This document shows, piece after piece, positions 1 through 8,450 of a DNA stretch of 64,000 bases (positions within the stretch are counted from its first letter, which is position 1; each line of letters begins with the position of its first letter). The position numbers and the translations under genes were made by a program. The notes under the pieces are model-generated. The model saw nothing but the letters and a program-made list of their open reading frames with translations. It ran no database searches and was not told the DNA's origin. The DNA comes from an uncultured Gemmatimonadales bacterium. GTDB lineage: Bacteria; Gemmatimonadota; Gemmatimonadetes; Longimicrobiales; RSA9. The DNA lies in contig CAVUKA010000002.1 in the NCBI GenBank assembly GCA_963741945.1, positions 64,001 through 128,000 on the forward strand, given 5' to 3'.

Positions 1-1
1 G

Positions 2-439
2 ACGAATCCGGACCGAACCGCTCGCAACCCGAACCTCATGATCCACGAGCGGCGGCCGTGGCTCATCGACCACGGCACCGCCCTCTACGCCCACCACGAC
101 TGGGCCGGCGTGAACGGCGCCCGCACGCGCACTCCCTTCCCGCTCATCCGGGAGCACGTCCTGCTCCTGCTGGCCGGCGATCTCGCCGCGGCCGACGCCC
201 GCCTCGCCCCGCAGCTCACGGAGGACGTCCTCGCCGGCGTCATGGACCAGGTCCCCGACGCACTGCTCATGGACCCGCTGGCGCGCGGCACCTTCGGCTC
301 CGCCGACGAGGCCCGGGCCCGCTACGTCCGTTTCCTGGGCGAGCGCCTCGAGGGGCCCCGGCCGTTCGCGGAAGAGGCGGTACGGGCGCAGGCGACGAAG
401 CGGGACGAGCCACCCCGGCGCCTCAGGGTTCGGCGATGA
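2..439 (+). CDS. HipA-like (HipA_2-type) kinase, 5'-partial
   Basis: Frame open from window edge: NPDRTARNPNLM...WLIDHG, the catalytic DR/N and DHG motifs of HipA-like kinases; ATGA overlap with next gene. Confidence 0.8.
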   Translation, partial: TNPDRTARNPNLMIHERRPWLIDHGTALYAHHDWAGVNGARTRTPFPLIREHVLLLLAGDLAAADARLAPQLTEDVLAGVMDQVPDALLMDPLARGTFGSADEARARYVRFLGERLEGPRPFAEEAVRAQATKRDEPPRRLRVRR

Positions 440-891
440 GCAGGCCGGTTGGAGCCGCGGGAACGGCGGAGCCCGGCGGCGGCCGGGCCGGTGCCGATCG
501 GCCGCGGCGGGATGTGCCGTACAGCTGCGCCGTGCTGCGGCTGGTCCCGCACCCGTACATCGGCCGTGGCGCGCCCGTAGGCCTGGTTCTCCAGTCGCGC
601 CCGGCCGAGTTCCTCGGGCTACGCGCCATCACGGACGCCGACGCGCTGCGAGCGCTGGCCCCGGATGCCGACATCGGGCTCCTCGTCCGCTACCTCCGCT
701 CCGCCGCCGAAGTGGCCGCGGGCGACGCCGCCGCCGGGGAGATCGCGCTTCTCTCCGCCCCCGAGCGTTTCCACTGGCTCACCGCCCGCCGCTCCGATGT
801 CATCCAGCCGGACCCGCTGGAGCACGGCACGTGTGCGGATCCGGCCGCGAAGCTGGACGCGCTGTTCCAGGCGAGGGTGCTGGGCGGGTAG
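436..891 (+). CDS. DUF3037 domain protein
   Basis: YSCAVLRLVPH...VGLVL...ERFHWLTARRSDVIQ pattern; usual downstream partner of HipA-like kinases; ATG at 436 overlaps upstream TGA. Confidence 0.8.
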   Translation: MSRPVGAAGTAEPGGGRAGADRPRRDVPYSCAVLRLVPHPYIGRGAPVGLVLQSRPAEFLGLRAITDADALRALAPDADIGLLVRYLRSAAEVAAGDAAAGEIALLSAPERFHWLTARRSDVIQPDPLEHGTCADPAAKLDALFQARVLGG

Positions 892-926
892 GGGCTCACG
901 CCATCCTCAGCGCGAGCCGACCACCC

Positions 927-3623
927 TCAGAGGCCTTCGCGCGAGCCGGCCGCCGCCGCGTACAGCGGGTTGAACAGCAGCTTGAACGTGCCCTGCGGTG
1001 AGCCGCGGAAGTGCGGGCTCACCCCGAGCAGCACCACCTGGCCTTTGCCGAGCGGCACACGCATGGCCGACGTCTTCCCCTTCAGGGTGCCGAGCCCCAT
1101 CGCCCAGCCGCTCTCGAGCACGCTGTCCTGCGCGAAATGGACGTAGGAGTCCACGTCGCGCTCGATCTTCTGCTCCCCCTCCGACGCGGCAGGGATCACG
1201 TCCAGCACCTGGCTGCGAACGAAGAACCCCGTCGGCTCGGCGGCCACCCCGTACGCCAGCGGGTCGTCGGTGTCCGCTTCCATGCGGAGCAGGGAGCCGG
1301 GAATGAAGAATCGGTCGCTGTCGCTGTTCCGGACCACGTTTCGCACGGGGAGGCCGAACTGCTGGATCGGGAAGTCCACGGCCCGGTCCACGGCCACCAG
1401 CCAGCCACCGTTCTCCACGAAGCGCTGCAGCGCCAGCGCGCCAGGGAGGCCCAGGCCGCCGGTGTATTCCTCCGGCATCGTCCCCGCCAGGTGCCCGTTC
1501 AGCAGGCTCTCCGCCCCCTGGTTCGGCAGGATGATGACGTCCAGCCCCGCCAGGTCGGCCGCCCGGATGTCGGCATCGTGGAGCGTGCGGTAATCGAAGC
1601 CGTACTGCTCCAGTACCCAGCGCGTCCATCCCTCGGGCATGCTCGCCGTCCACGGCTGGTACAGCCCGACCCTGGGCGCCCGCAACGCCTCGCGGTCCAC
1701 GGCCGGCGCCCGGCCGAGTGCCGTGAACGTGAGGCCCTCGGCGCTCCCCACGGCCTCCACCGCCGCGCGATCCGCCCCCCGGACCAGGATCGTGCCCGCG
1801 GGCCACTGCTGGCGCCCCAGCTCGAACGACGACGTCGCCCGGCTCACATCGGCGCCCTCGCCCAGCAGCCGGTTCACCGCGCGCACACTGGCGTTCTGCG
1901 CCCACGACAGCGCGTAGCCCCAGTCGCCCCGACCGTCCACGCCGCCGGGGAGTGTCGGGATCTCGTCCACCGGCTGGCCCGGCATCTCGAACGGCTCCTT
2001 CACGCCGTCCACCGCCACACCGAAGAGGAGCGGCAGCTCGTACCCCGTCATGTCGTACGGCGGCTCCGGCGGTCCGCCCGGGTACATGCGCCGGTCCGGG
2101 TACGTCTTGGGGTCGAGCAGGTCGGCCGCGAAGGGGCGGAACGCCTGCGGCGGGATCACGTACGCGCCGGCCGGGTAGCGCTTCCCGCCCGCTTCGAACG
2201 CGTGCTCCGCCCGCACCACTTCGACGCCACCATGGCGGAGCGAGCGGAGCAGCTCCGTGGCCTCGCTCGGGTCGTGCTGCGCCGCTGGGTCGATCACCCA
2301 GGCGAACGGGCCGCCCAGCGCCTGCTCCCCCTTCTCGATCTGCCGCTTCCCCGTCCGCCAGATGTTGAACAGCCACTGGTCCTTCTGCCGCGCGCCGATG
2401 TCCGCCACCGCCCTGGACGCGGTCAGCATGTATTCAACCGCGTCCTTCAGGTGCCAGCACCCGCCCAGCCACGGGTCCGGGTACGACGTCGTGGGATCCT
2501 TCGCCGGCAGGTTGCCCGCCCGCTCGCCGAACGTGTCCGGGATGTCCTCGGCGTCGTAGCAGTGCGGTGTGGCGTAGCGGTAGAGCGCGGTCTCCGTGAT
2601 GAAGCCCAGCATGTTGTGGTAGTTGGGCGCGTCCGACATGTACATGCTGCCCCACCCGTCGAACACGATGTCGCTCAGCGCGCCCGGCTTGTTCTCCTGG
2701 CTGAAGCGCTGCTTCATGTACTCCCCGATCTGGTTGATGCTGGAGACCACCAGCGGGTCCAGGTTGGGGTTGATCGGGTTCTCCACGGGCGGCATCCAGA
2801 TCCGGCCGGGGAACGGCGAAGTCTGGTGGTGGTTGTAGACCAGCTGCGGGAACCAGCGGCGGTAGAGCTGGTTCGCGATCACGCGTGTTTCCTGCTGCGT
2901 GAACACGTTCCAGTCCCGGTTGTTGTCGTGCCCGATGTAGTGGTGGTACAGCACCGGCAGCGGTGCGGTTTCGAACGGCGTGCCGATGTTCTTCCGGTAC
3001 CAGTCGGCCACGATGTCCAGACCGTCCGGGTTCATCACCGGCATCAGCAGCACGATCGCGTTCTCCCGGATCCGGCTGGCCTCCTCGCCTTCGTCCGTGG
3101 CCAGCCAGTGCGCGAACAGCGGGGCGTGCTGCGCCGCCGCCACTTCCGTGGCGTGGAGCCCCGCATCGATCCAGACGATCGCCTTCCCCTCCGCCGCCAG
3201 CCGCTTCGCCTCCGCCTCGTCCACCCCCCTCACCAGCGCCAGCCGGCGCGCGATGTCACGGTAGTGGTCCCGGTTCGCCAGGTTCTCCGCGCTGGACAGG
3301 AGCACCAGCATCATCGGGCGCCCTTCCGTGCTCTCCCCGATCTCCTCGATCACCACCCGGTCCGACGCCGCGTCCAGCGCCTTGTAGTACGAAAGCAGCT
3401 GTGTGTAGTCGGCCAGCTTGTAGTCGGAGCCCGGCTCGAAGCCGATCACCGATGCGGGCGTGGGTACTGCCGTCGCCGCGGCAGCGGCCCCCCGCCCGCC
3501 GGCGGATGGCGGCCGCGTCTGGGCAGTCCCGCCGGTCGCGGTGACGAGAGGGGTGGATGCGGCGAGCGTCGCCAGGAGCACCACGTGGGCGAGGCGCCCA
3601 TGAGCGCGGGGGATCGTCGTCAT
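927..3623 (-). CDS. Secreted M14 zinc carboxypeptidase-family protein with C-terminal GATase1-like domain
   Basis: Signal peptide; LHATE (HxxE), NPDG, DNNRD and NHHQ motifs; start taken at MTTIPR. Confidence 0.85.
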   Translation of the reverse strand: MTTIPRAHGRLAHVVLLATLAASTPLVTATGGTAQTRPPSAGGRGAAAAATAVPTPASVIGFEPGSDYKLADYTQLLSYYKALDAASDRVVIEEIGESTEGRPMMLVLLSSAENLANRDHYRDIARRLALVRGVDEAEAKRLAAEGKAIVWIDAGLHATEVAAAQHAPLFAHWLATDEGEEASRIRENAIVLLMPVMNPDGLDIVADWYRKNIGTPFETAPLPVLYHHYIGHDNNRDWNVFTQQETRVIANQLYRRWFPQLVYNHHQTSPFPGRIWMPPVENPINPNLDPLVVSSINQIGEYMKQRFSQENKPGALSDIVFDGWGSMYMSDAPNYHNMLGFITETALYRYATPHCYDAEDIPDTFGERAGNLPAKDPTTSYPDPWLGGCWHLKDAVEYMLTASRAVADIGARQKDQWLFNIWRTGKRQIEKGEQALGGPFAWVIDPAAQHDPSEATELLRSLRHGGVEVVRAEHAFEAGGKRYPAGAYVIPPQAFRPFAADLLDPKTYPDRRMYPGGPPEPPYDMTGYELPLLFGVAVDGVKEPFEMPGQPVDEIPTLPGGVDGRGDWGYALSWAQNASVRAVNRLLGEGADVSRATSSFELGRQQWPAGTILVRGADRAAVEAVGSAEGLTFTALGRAPAVDREALRAPRVGLYQPWTASMPEGWTRWVLEQYGFDYRTLHDADIRAADLAGLDVIILPNQGAESLLNGHLAGTMPEEYTGGLGLPGALALQRFVENGGWLVAVDRAVDFPIQQFGLPVRNVVRNSDSDRFFIPGSLLRMEADTDDPLAYGVAAEPTGFFVRSQVLDVIPAASEGEQKIERDVDSYVHFAQDSVLESGWAMGLGTLKGKTSAMRVPLGKGQVVLLGVSPHFRGSPQGTFKLLFNPLYAAAAGSREGL

Positions 3624-3756
3624 GGATCTGTCGGTCTGTGGGTGGAGGTCGGCCCCGGCGGTCCACGGTCCGGGACCCGAGTCGAGCGTCAACGTAGCTC
3701 GACCGCGCCGCCGGCGCACCCGTTCCGGTGCAGGCCGGCGCCCGCCAAGGAGAACG

Positions 3757-3771
3757 GGGCAGACATCTTGC
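3757..3771 (+). promoter_or_regulatory. Putative sigma54 -24/-12 promoter
   Basis: GGGCAGACATCTTGC (GG-N10-GC with GGCA and TTGCA), ending 42 nt before ATG 3814. Confidence 0.45.
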
Positions 3772-3813
3772 ACACTCCGGGAGCAAATTGTCGCCAAGAA
3801 AGGAGCTCCCGAT

Positions 3814-4215
3814 ATGAAGCATGTCACCCGGATCACCCGTGCCGCCGCCCTCGCGGCGGGCGTCGCCCTCCTCCCCGGCTGCGTGGCGGCCGCGGGCGCC
3901 GCGGCCGGCGTGGGCGCGGTCACCTACATCAACGACCAGACGGCCACGACGCAGGTGGACGCGAACGTGAGCACGACCACCGGCTGGACCGAGTCGGCAT
4001 TCCGCGACATGAGCATCGAGATCACGAAGCGCGAGATCGAGAGCGACGCGGTCGAGCTGACGGGGAAGTCGCCCGACGGTCTCGACGTGAAGGCCAGCGT
4101 CCAGAAGGAAGGTGATCTCACGCGGATCAAGGTCACCGCCAAGCGGAACATGGTGAACTACGACAAGAGCTACGCCCGCAACGTGGTGGAGAAGATCCTC
4201 GCGTACGCGGGTTAG
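3814..4215 (+). CDS. DUF3568-like lipoprotein
   Basis: AGGAG RBS at 3801; lipobox LPGC followed by AAAGAAAGVG glycine-zipper. Confidence 0.7.
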   Translation: MKHVTRITRAAALAAGVALLPGCVAAAGAAAGVGAVTYINDQTATTQVDANVSTTTGWTESAFRDMSIEITKREIESDAVELTGKSPDGLDVKASVQKEGDLTRIKVTAKRNMVNYDKSYARNVVEKILAYAG

Positions 4216-4231
4216 CGCGGGCCGCGGGGAA

Positions 4232-4272
4232 ACGGGACGGGGTCCGGGCACCGTGCCCGGACCCCGTCTCGT
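4232..4272. terminator. Long hairpin between convergent genes
   Basis: GACGGGGTCCGGGCA-CCG-TGCCCGGACCCCGTC perfect 15-bp stem, extendable to 19 bp with one G-U. Confidence 0.65.
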
Positions 4273-4323
4273 GTGACCGCCAGCCGCCCGCGTGGGCGAC
4301 CGACGGGGCCCTGACTCCCTGGT

Positions 4324-6552
4324 CTACCTGTTGGCCGCGTCCATCAGCTCCTTGAGCAGGCGGTCCGCCTTGTAGACGCTCTTGAGCGCCTCCGTGATCG
4401 CCTGCGTGTCCACCCCCACGGTCCGGCCCGAGGAGTCCGGGCGGAAGAGGAACTCGTTGGGCAGCTGCTCGACGTTGCCGTCGAAGGCGAGCCCGACGAT
4501 GCGGGCCTGCCGGTCGATGATCGGGCTGCCGCTGTTCCCGCCCGTGATGTCGTTCGTCGACACGAAGTCCAGCCGCTTGTCCATGTCGATGGTGTCCTTC
4601 GCCTTCGCGAAGCTGGCGGGCAGCGTGAACGGATCCTCGTTGTTGAAGACTTCCGCGCGCTCGTACAGGCCGTGGAACGTGGTGAACGGCGCGGCGATCG
4701 TCCCGTTGTACGGGTACCGCTTCAGCACGCCATCACTGATCCGGAGCGTGAACGTGGCATCCGGCGGGATCTGCGTTCCGAAGACGCCGAAGAGCGCCTT
4801 GGCGAACCGCTCCTGCTGCACGCTCTCGGCCGCCTGGAGCTCCGCCCACCGGGGCTCGAGCGAACGGTAGATGCTGTCCATCACCACGGCCATCTGCAGA
4901 TACGGGTCCTGCGAGGCTCCGATCTTCTGGATCCCCTGGTTCAGCAGATCCTGCCGGGTGGTGGTGGACTGGATCCCGGTGGCGCGGTCGAGGATCTGGA
5001 GCGCCTGGTCCACGTCCGTCGCGGCGAGCAGCGCGTCGCGAAGCGGGTCCCCGGCGGAAAGCCAGTCCGCGGCCATCTGGAGACGGCCCTTCAGCAGCGT
5101 CGACTCCTGCCCCGGCTCGCCCAGCTGCGGGTTCATGGCCATCATCTGGAGCCGCTGCACCGGCTGCCCGTACAGCGTGTCCATGCGCTCGCCCTCCGGC
5201 AGCGCGTTCTCCCGTGCCAGCGTCACGAGCGCGCCCGCCGCGGCCATGTACGGCGTACCGAGGAAGAACGGGTTCGCCAGGTTCAGCCGGGGCGCCAGCG
5301 CGTACTTCCTGGTCTCGAGCGTCGCGATGGAATCGATCACGCCGGCGAACTGCGCCTTCAGCTGCGGGTCGGCCTGGATCGCCTGCTGCAGCTGCCGCTG
5401 CCACTTGATCTTGCGGGCCATGAGCAGCGTGTCCTGCAGGCCTTCCAGCTCGCCGCGGAACAGCTTCAGGCTGTTCTCCACACCGAACAGCCGGTTGCGA
5501 ACGCGCGCGGCCACCTGCGGATCCTGCGCGCCCATCTCCTTCAGATACGCTTCCTGCCCCTCGAGCAGGTCGATGTAGAACGGGTGGCGGAACTGCATCT
5601 CGTACAGCCACTGCGCCACCGTGATCTGCCGCGACGTGGAGCCGGGGTTGCCCGTGACGAACAGCAGCTCGCCCTCGTCCGCCCCCTCCGCGCGCCAGCG
5701 GAAGTAGTTGGGCGTGCTGGCCGGCGAGGTATCATCGTCGTTGTACGCGCGCACGAAGGAGAAGTCGGTGTCGTAGCGCGGGTAGGTGAAGTTGTCGTAG
5801 TCGCCGCCGAAGAAGCCGGCCTGCAGCTCGGGGGCCATGACCAGCTTCACGTTGTCGTAGGTCTTGTACTTGTACAGCTGGTACTGCCCGCCGTGGTACA
5901 GCGTAACCACCTGGCAGCTGTAGTCGGAGGACCCTTCACACTCCTCCTTGATCTTGTTCCGCTCCGCTTCCTGCGCCGCCGCCACCTGCGTGGCCGGCGC
6001 GTTCGCGGGCGCTGCACCCTGGACCCGGTCGGTCACGTCCTGGATCTCCACCAGCTGGTCGAGCGACAGGTTGGGGCACGACCGCTCCTCCGCCTGTGTG
6101 GCGGCATAGAAGCCGTTGCTCAGCAGGTCCTCGTCGCCCTGCGACACCGCGTCCACGCAGGCGCGGGCGCAGTGATGGTTCGTCACCACCAGCCCGTCGG
6201 GCGACACGAACGAAGCCGAGCACCCCTGGCTCCACCGCACCGACGAGAGGCGCGCGTGCTCCAGCCACTCGGGCGTCGCATCGAAGTTGTACGTCTCGCG
6301 CCAGTAGTCGAGCGGCGGGTTCTCGAACGTCCACATCGTCCCGAGCTCGACCCCGGTCAGGGTCACGTGGTCCGCGGCGCGCTCCGCGGACTGCGGCGGC
6401 GTGAGCGCGTTCGGGACCTGCGGCGAGGCCGCGGGCATGGGCTGGGGCGCCGGTGTGGCCGGCGCCGCAGCCGGTGCGGACGAGCAGCTCGCGGCCAGCA
6501 GTGCGGCCGCGGCCGTCAGCCCGAACCGTGTCAGAATCGGCATACGTGTCAT
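4324..6552 (-). CDS. S46 family peptidase (DPP7/DPP11-like), lipoprotein
   Basis: MWTF, CSASFVSPDGLVVTNHHC, DNFTYPR and TNDITGGNSGSP motifs; lipobox AASC; AAGGGAG RBS before ATG 6552. Confidence 0.9.
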   Translation of the reverse strand: MTRMPILTRFGLTAAAALLAASCSSAPAAAPATPAPQPMPAASPQVPNALTPPQSAERAADHVTLTGVELGTMWTFENPPLDYWRETYNFDATPEWLEHARLSSVRWSQGCSASFVSPDGLVVTNHHCARACVDAVSQGDEDLLSNGFYAATQAEERSCPNLSLDQLVEIQDVTDRVQGAAPANAPATQVAAAQEAERNKIKEECEGSSDYSCQVVTLYHGGQYQLYKYKTYDNVKLVMAPELQAGFFGGDYDNFTYPRYDTDFSFVRAYNDDDTSPASTPNYFRWRAEGADEGELLFVTGNPGSTSRQITVAQWLYEMQFRHPFYIDLLEGQEAYLKEMGAQDPQVAARVRNRLFGVENSLKLFRGELEGLQDTLLMARKIKWQRQLQQAIQADPQLKAQFAGVIDSIATLETRKYALAPRLNLANPFFLGTPYMAAAGALVTLARENALPEGERMDTLYGQPVQRLQMMAMNPQLGEPGQESTLLKGRLQMAADWLSAGDPLRDALLAATDVDQALQILDRATGIQSTTTRQDLLNQGIQKIGASQDPYLQMAVVMDSIYRSLEPRWAELQAAESVQQERFAKALFGVFGTQIPPDATFTLRISDGVLKRYPYNGTIAAPFTTFHGLYERAEVFNNEDPFTLPASFAKAKDTIDMDKRLDFVSTNDITGGNSGSPIIDRQARIVGLAFDGNVEQLPNEFLFRPDSSGRTVGVDTQAITEALKSVYKADRLLKELMDAANR

Positions 6553-6659
6553 TTGCACTCCCTTGCTGTGTGCATCGCGCGCGGCGCTACGGGCGCCGGA
6601 CGCGGGTTAGGCAGAACGGATGCTGTGGCGCAGCACGCCGGGAGGCAAGCCGGCGCGCG

Positions 6660-7202
6660 CTACTGCCCGCGCTGGCTCGACGGCGGCACCATTCCGTTCA
6701 GCCGGAAATACGTGACCAGGTTGCCATAATGCTCGAAGTCGTGCGCCACGTTGAACACCAGGGCGAACAGCCGGTTGTTCTTCATTCCGAACAGCTCGAG
6801 CGGTTGCGCCAGCTGGTCGGGCGTGAGGTTCGCGTACGCATCGTCGCAATAGGCGAACGACGCCTTCAGCGCCTCCACAAGCTCGTCCTTCGTGGTCAGC
6901 TTCTCCGCGTCCTGCTCCGTCGGCGCCTCCTCGCCCCGGGCAGCGGCGCAGAACATGTACTGGCTGTTGGCCGCGTGGCCTACGATCTGACCGAACGACC
7001 GCACTTCCTCCGTCGGCCGGTAGTCGTATTTCTCCGCCGGCATCTGCTCCGCGGAGCGGACTAGGTAGCCTTTCACCATTCCGTACAGCGGACGCACCGC
7101 GTCCATCGACGCGTCGTCCATCGCGGCCGGAGAAGCGGGCTGCTGCGCCGCCAGCGGGAGCGCCAGCGTCAGGAAGAGAGGAACGATCCAGATGCGGGAC
7201 AT
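6660..7202 (-). CDS. Exported DinB-family protein
   Basis: GGAGG RBS; signal peptide; RSFGQIVGH...HDFEHYGNL..Y.R..G.VPP DinB pattern. Confidence 0.85.
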   Translation of the reverse strand: MSRIWIVPLFLTLALPLAAQQPASPAAMDDASMDAVRPLYGMVKGYLVRSAEQMPAEKYDYRPTEEVRSFGQIVGHAANSQYMFCAAARGEEAPTEQDAEKLTTKDELVEALKASFAYCDDAYANLTPDQLAQPLELFGMKNNRLFALVFNVAHDFEHYGNLVTYFRLNGMVPPSSQRGQ

Positions 7203-7439
7203 GCGACACCTCCAGGAGAGTGTTGGGGGGACTGCGGCATCGCGACCATGAACAATGGAATCGAGGATACGGCGCGCCGGCTCGGGGCGCCAGACCCGGC
7301 CGCGCCCAACCAAATGGCCGCCGGAGCGGTCCAACGGGCGGGAGAGGGCGCCGCCCGTCTGCGGGACACGGCTCGAAACCGGGAGCCGGCGCCGTCCGTA
7401 ACGATGCGGAAAACGCATACCACCACGGGACAGAGCACC

Positions 7440-8372
7440 ATGCAGCGTCGCTCCGCGGGAACCGTCATCCTCGCGCTCACCACCGCTTTCGCCCCGTTCG
7501 CCGGGGCGCACCCCGTCGCGGCGCAGAGCCGCGTGTACGTCTTCCCGGGCGCAAACTCGAGGGAGACCTACTTCAGCATGCACAACCTGCGGGCCGCCCA
7601 GGCCGTGTCCCGCGGGGCGGGGGTGAAGGTCGGCATCCTCGATCACGGCTTCGGCGTCGACCTGCGGCCCGATCTCTACGCGGGCGGCGCCACGTTCCAG
7701 ACGGGCGACTACGTGGAGAGCTGGCACCGCGGCAGCTCGCACGGCTACTGGATGGCGCTCGTGCTCCGCGAGGTGGCGCCCGAAGCGGAGATCTACGCCC
7801 TGGGCACGTCCGACTTCGGGGACGAGGCGGCCAAGGTGGATGCCATGGTGCGGGCCATCGACTGGGCCGTCGCCCATGACCTGGACGTGCTGACGTATTC
7901 GGACCGGCGCTTCTCCCCGGAGCTGCGCCCCCGCCTCGACTCCGCCGTGGCGCGGGCGCACCGCGCGGGCGTGATCACCACGTTCATCCACTATCCCGAG
8001 GCGGGGAACATCCTGCCCACCTGCATCTGCCCCCTCAGCGGCGATGACGAGCGGGAGCCGGACCTGAACATCTTCAGCTACGATTACACGACCGTCTCAC
8101 CCTTCCGGATCGACCGGTGGGAGGAGAGCGACAAGCGGCGCTACGGCGACCACCCCTTCTTCTCCATGTCCTCCACGTCCCCCGTGACCGCGGGGATGGT
8201 GGCCATGCTGCGCAGCCTCGACCCCACGCTTTCCGGCGACGACTGCCGCCGCATCCTCCAGGAGACCAGCCGACCGGTGACGTTCGAAGGGAGGACCGGG
8301 GAGCACGTCGCCGATGCGGCCGCGGCCGTCTGGGCGGTGGCGGAGCGCGTCGCGATGGGGAACCGACGCTGA
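7440..8372 (+). CDS. Compact secreted S8 subtilase-like protease
   Basis: Signal peptide ending VAAQ; VGILDHG (Asp), SHG (His), SMSSTSPVTAG (Ser region). Confidence 0.7.
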   Translation: MQRRSAGTVILALTTAFAPFAGAHPVAAQSRVYVFPGANSRETYFSMHNLRAAQAVSRGAGVKVGILDHGFGVDLRPDLYAGGATFQTGDYVESWHRGSSHGYWMALVLREVAPEAEIYALGTSDFGDEAAKVDAMVRAIDWAVAHDLDVLTYSDRRFSPELRPRLDSAVARAHRAGVITTFIHYPEAGNILPTCICPLSGDDEREPDLNIFSYDYTTVSPFRIDRWEESDKRRYGDHPFFSMSSTSPVTAGMVAMLRSLDPTLSGDDCRRILQETSRPVTFEGRTGEHVADAAAAVWAVAERVAMGNRR

Positions 8373-8450
8373 GGCGGGGACGCGCGGAAGCCACGGGTCT
8401 CGCGCCCCGCCTCGACCCGGTCGGCGACCCGAAGTGGCAGCGCGGAACGC

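Noticed and set aside
1011-4115. Very long antisense or alternate-frame ORFs (also 20275-23712, 28618-31458, 34406-38080 and most of 56541-59741)
   Set aside because: Shadow ORFs of high-GC codon bias; they overlap motif-bearing genes and have no recognisable motifs
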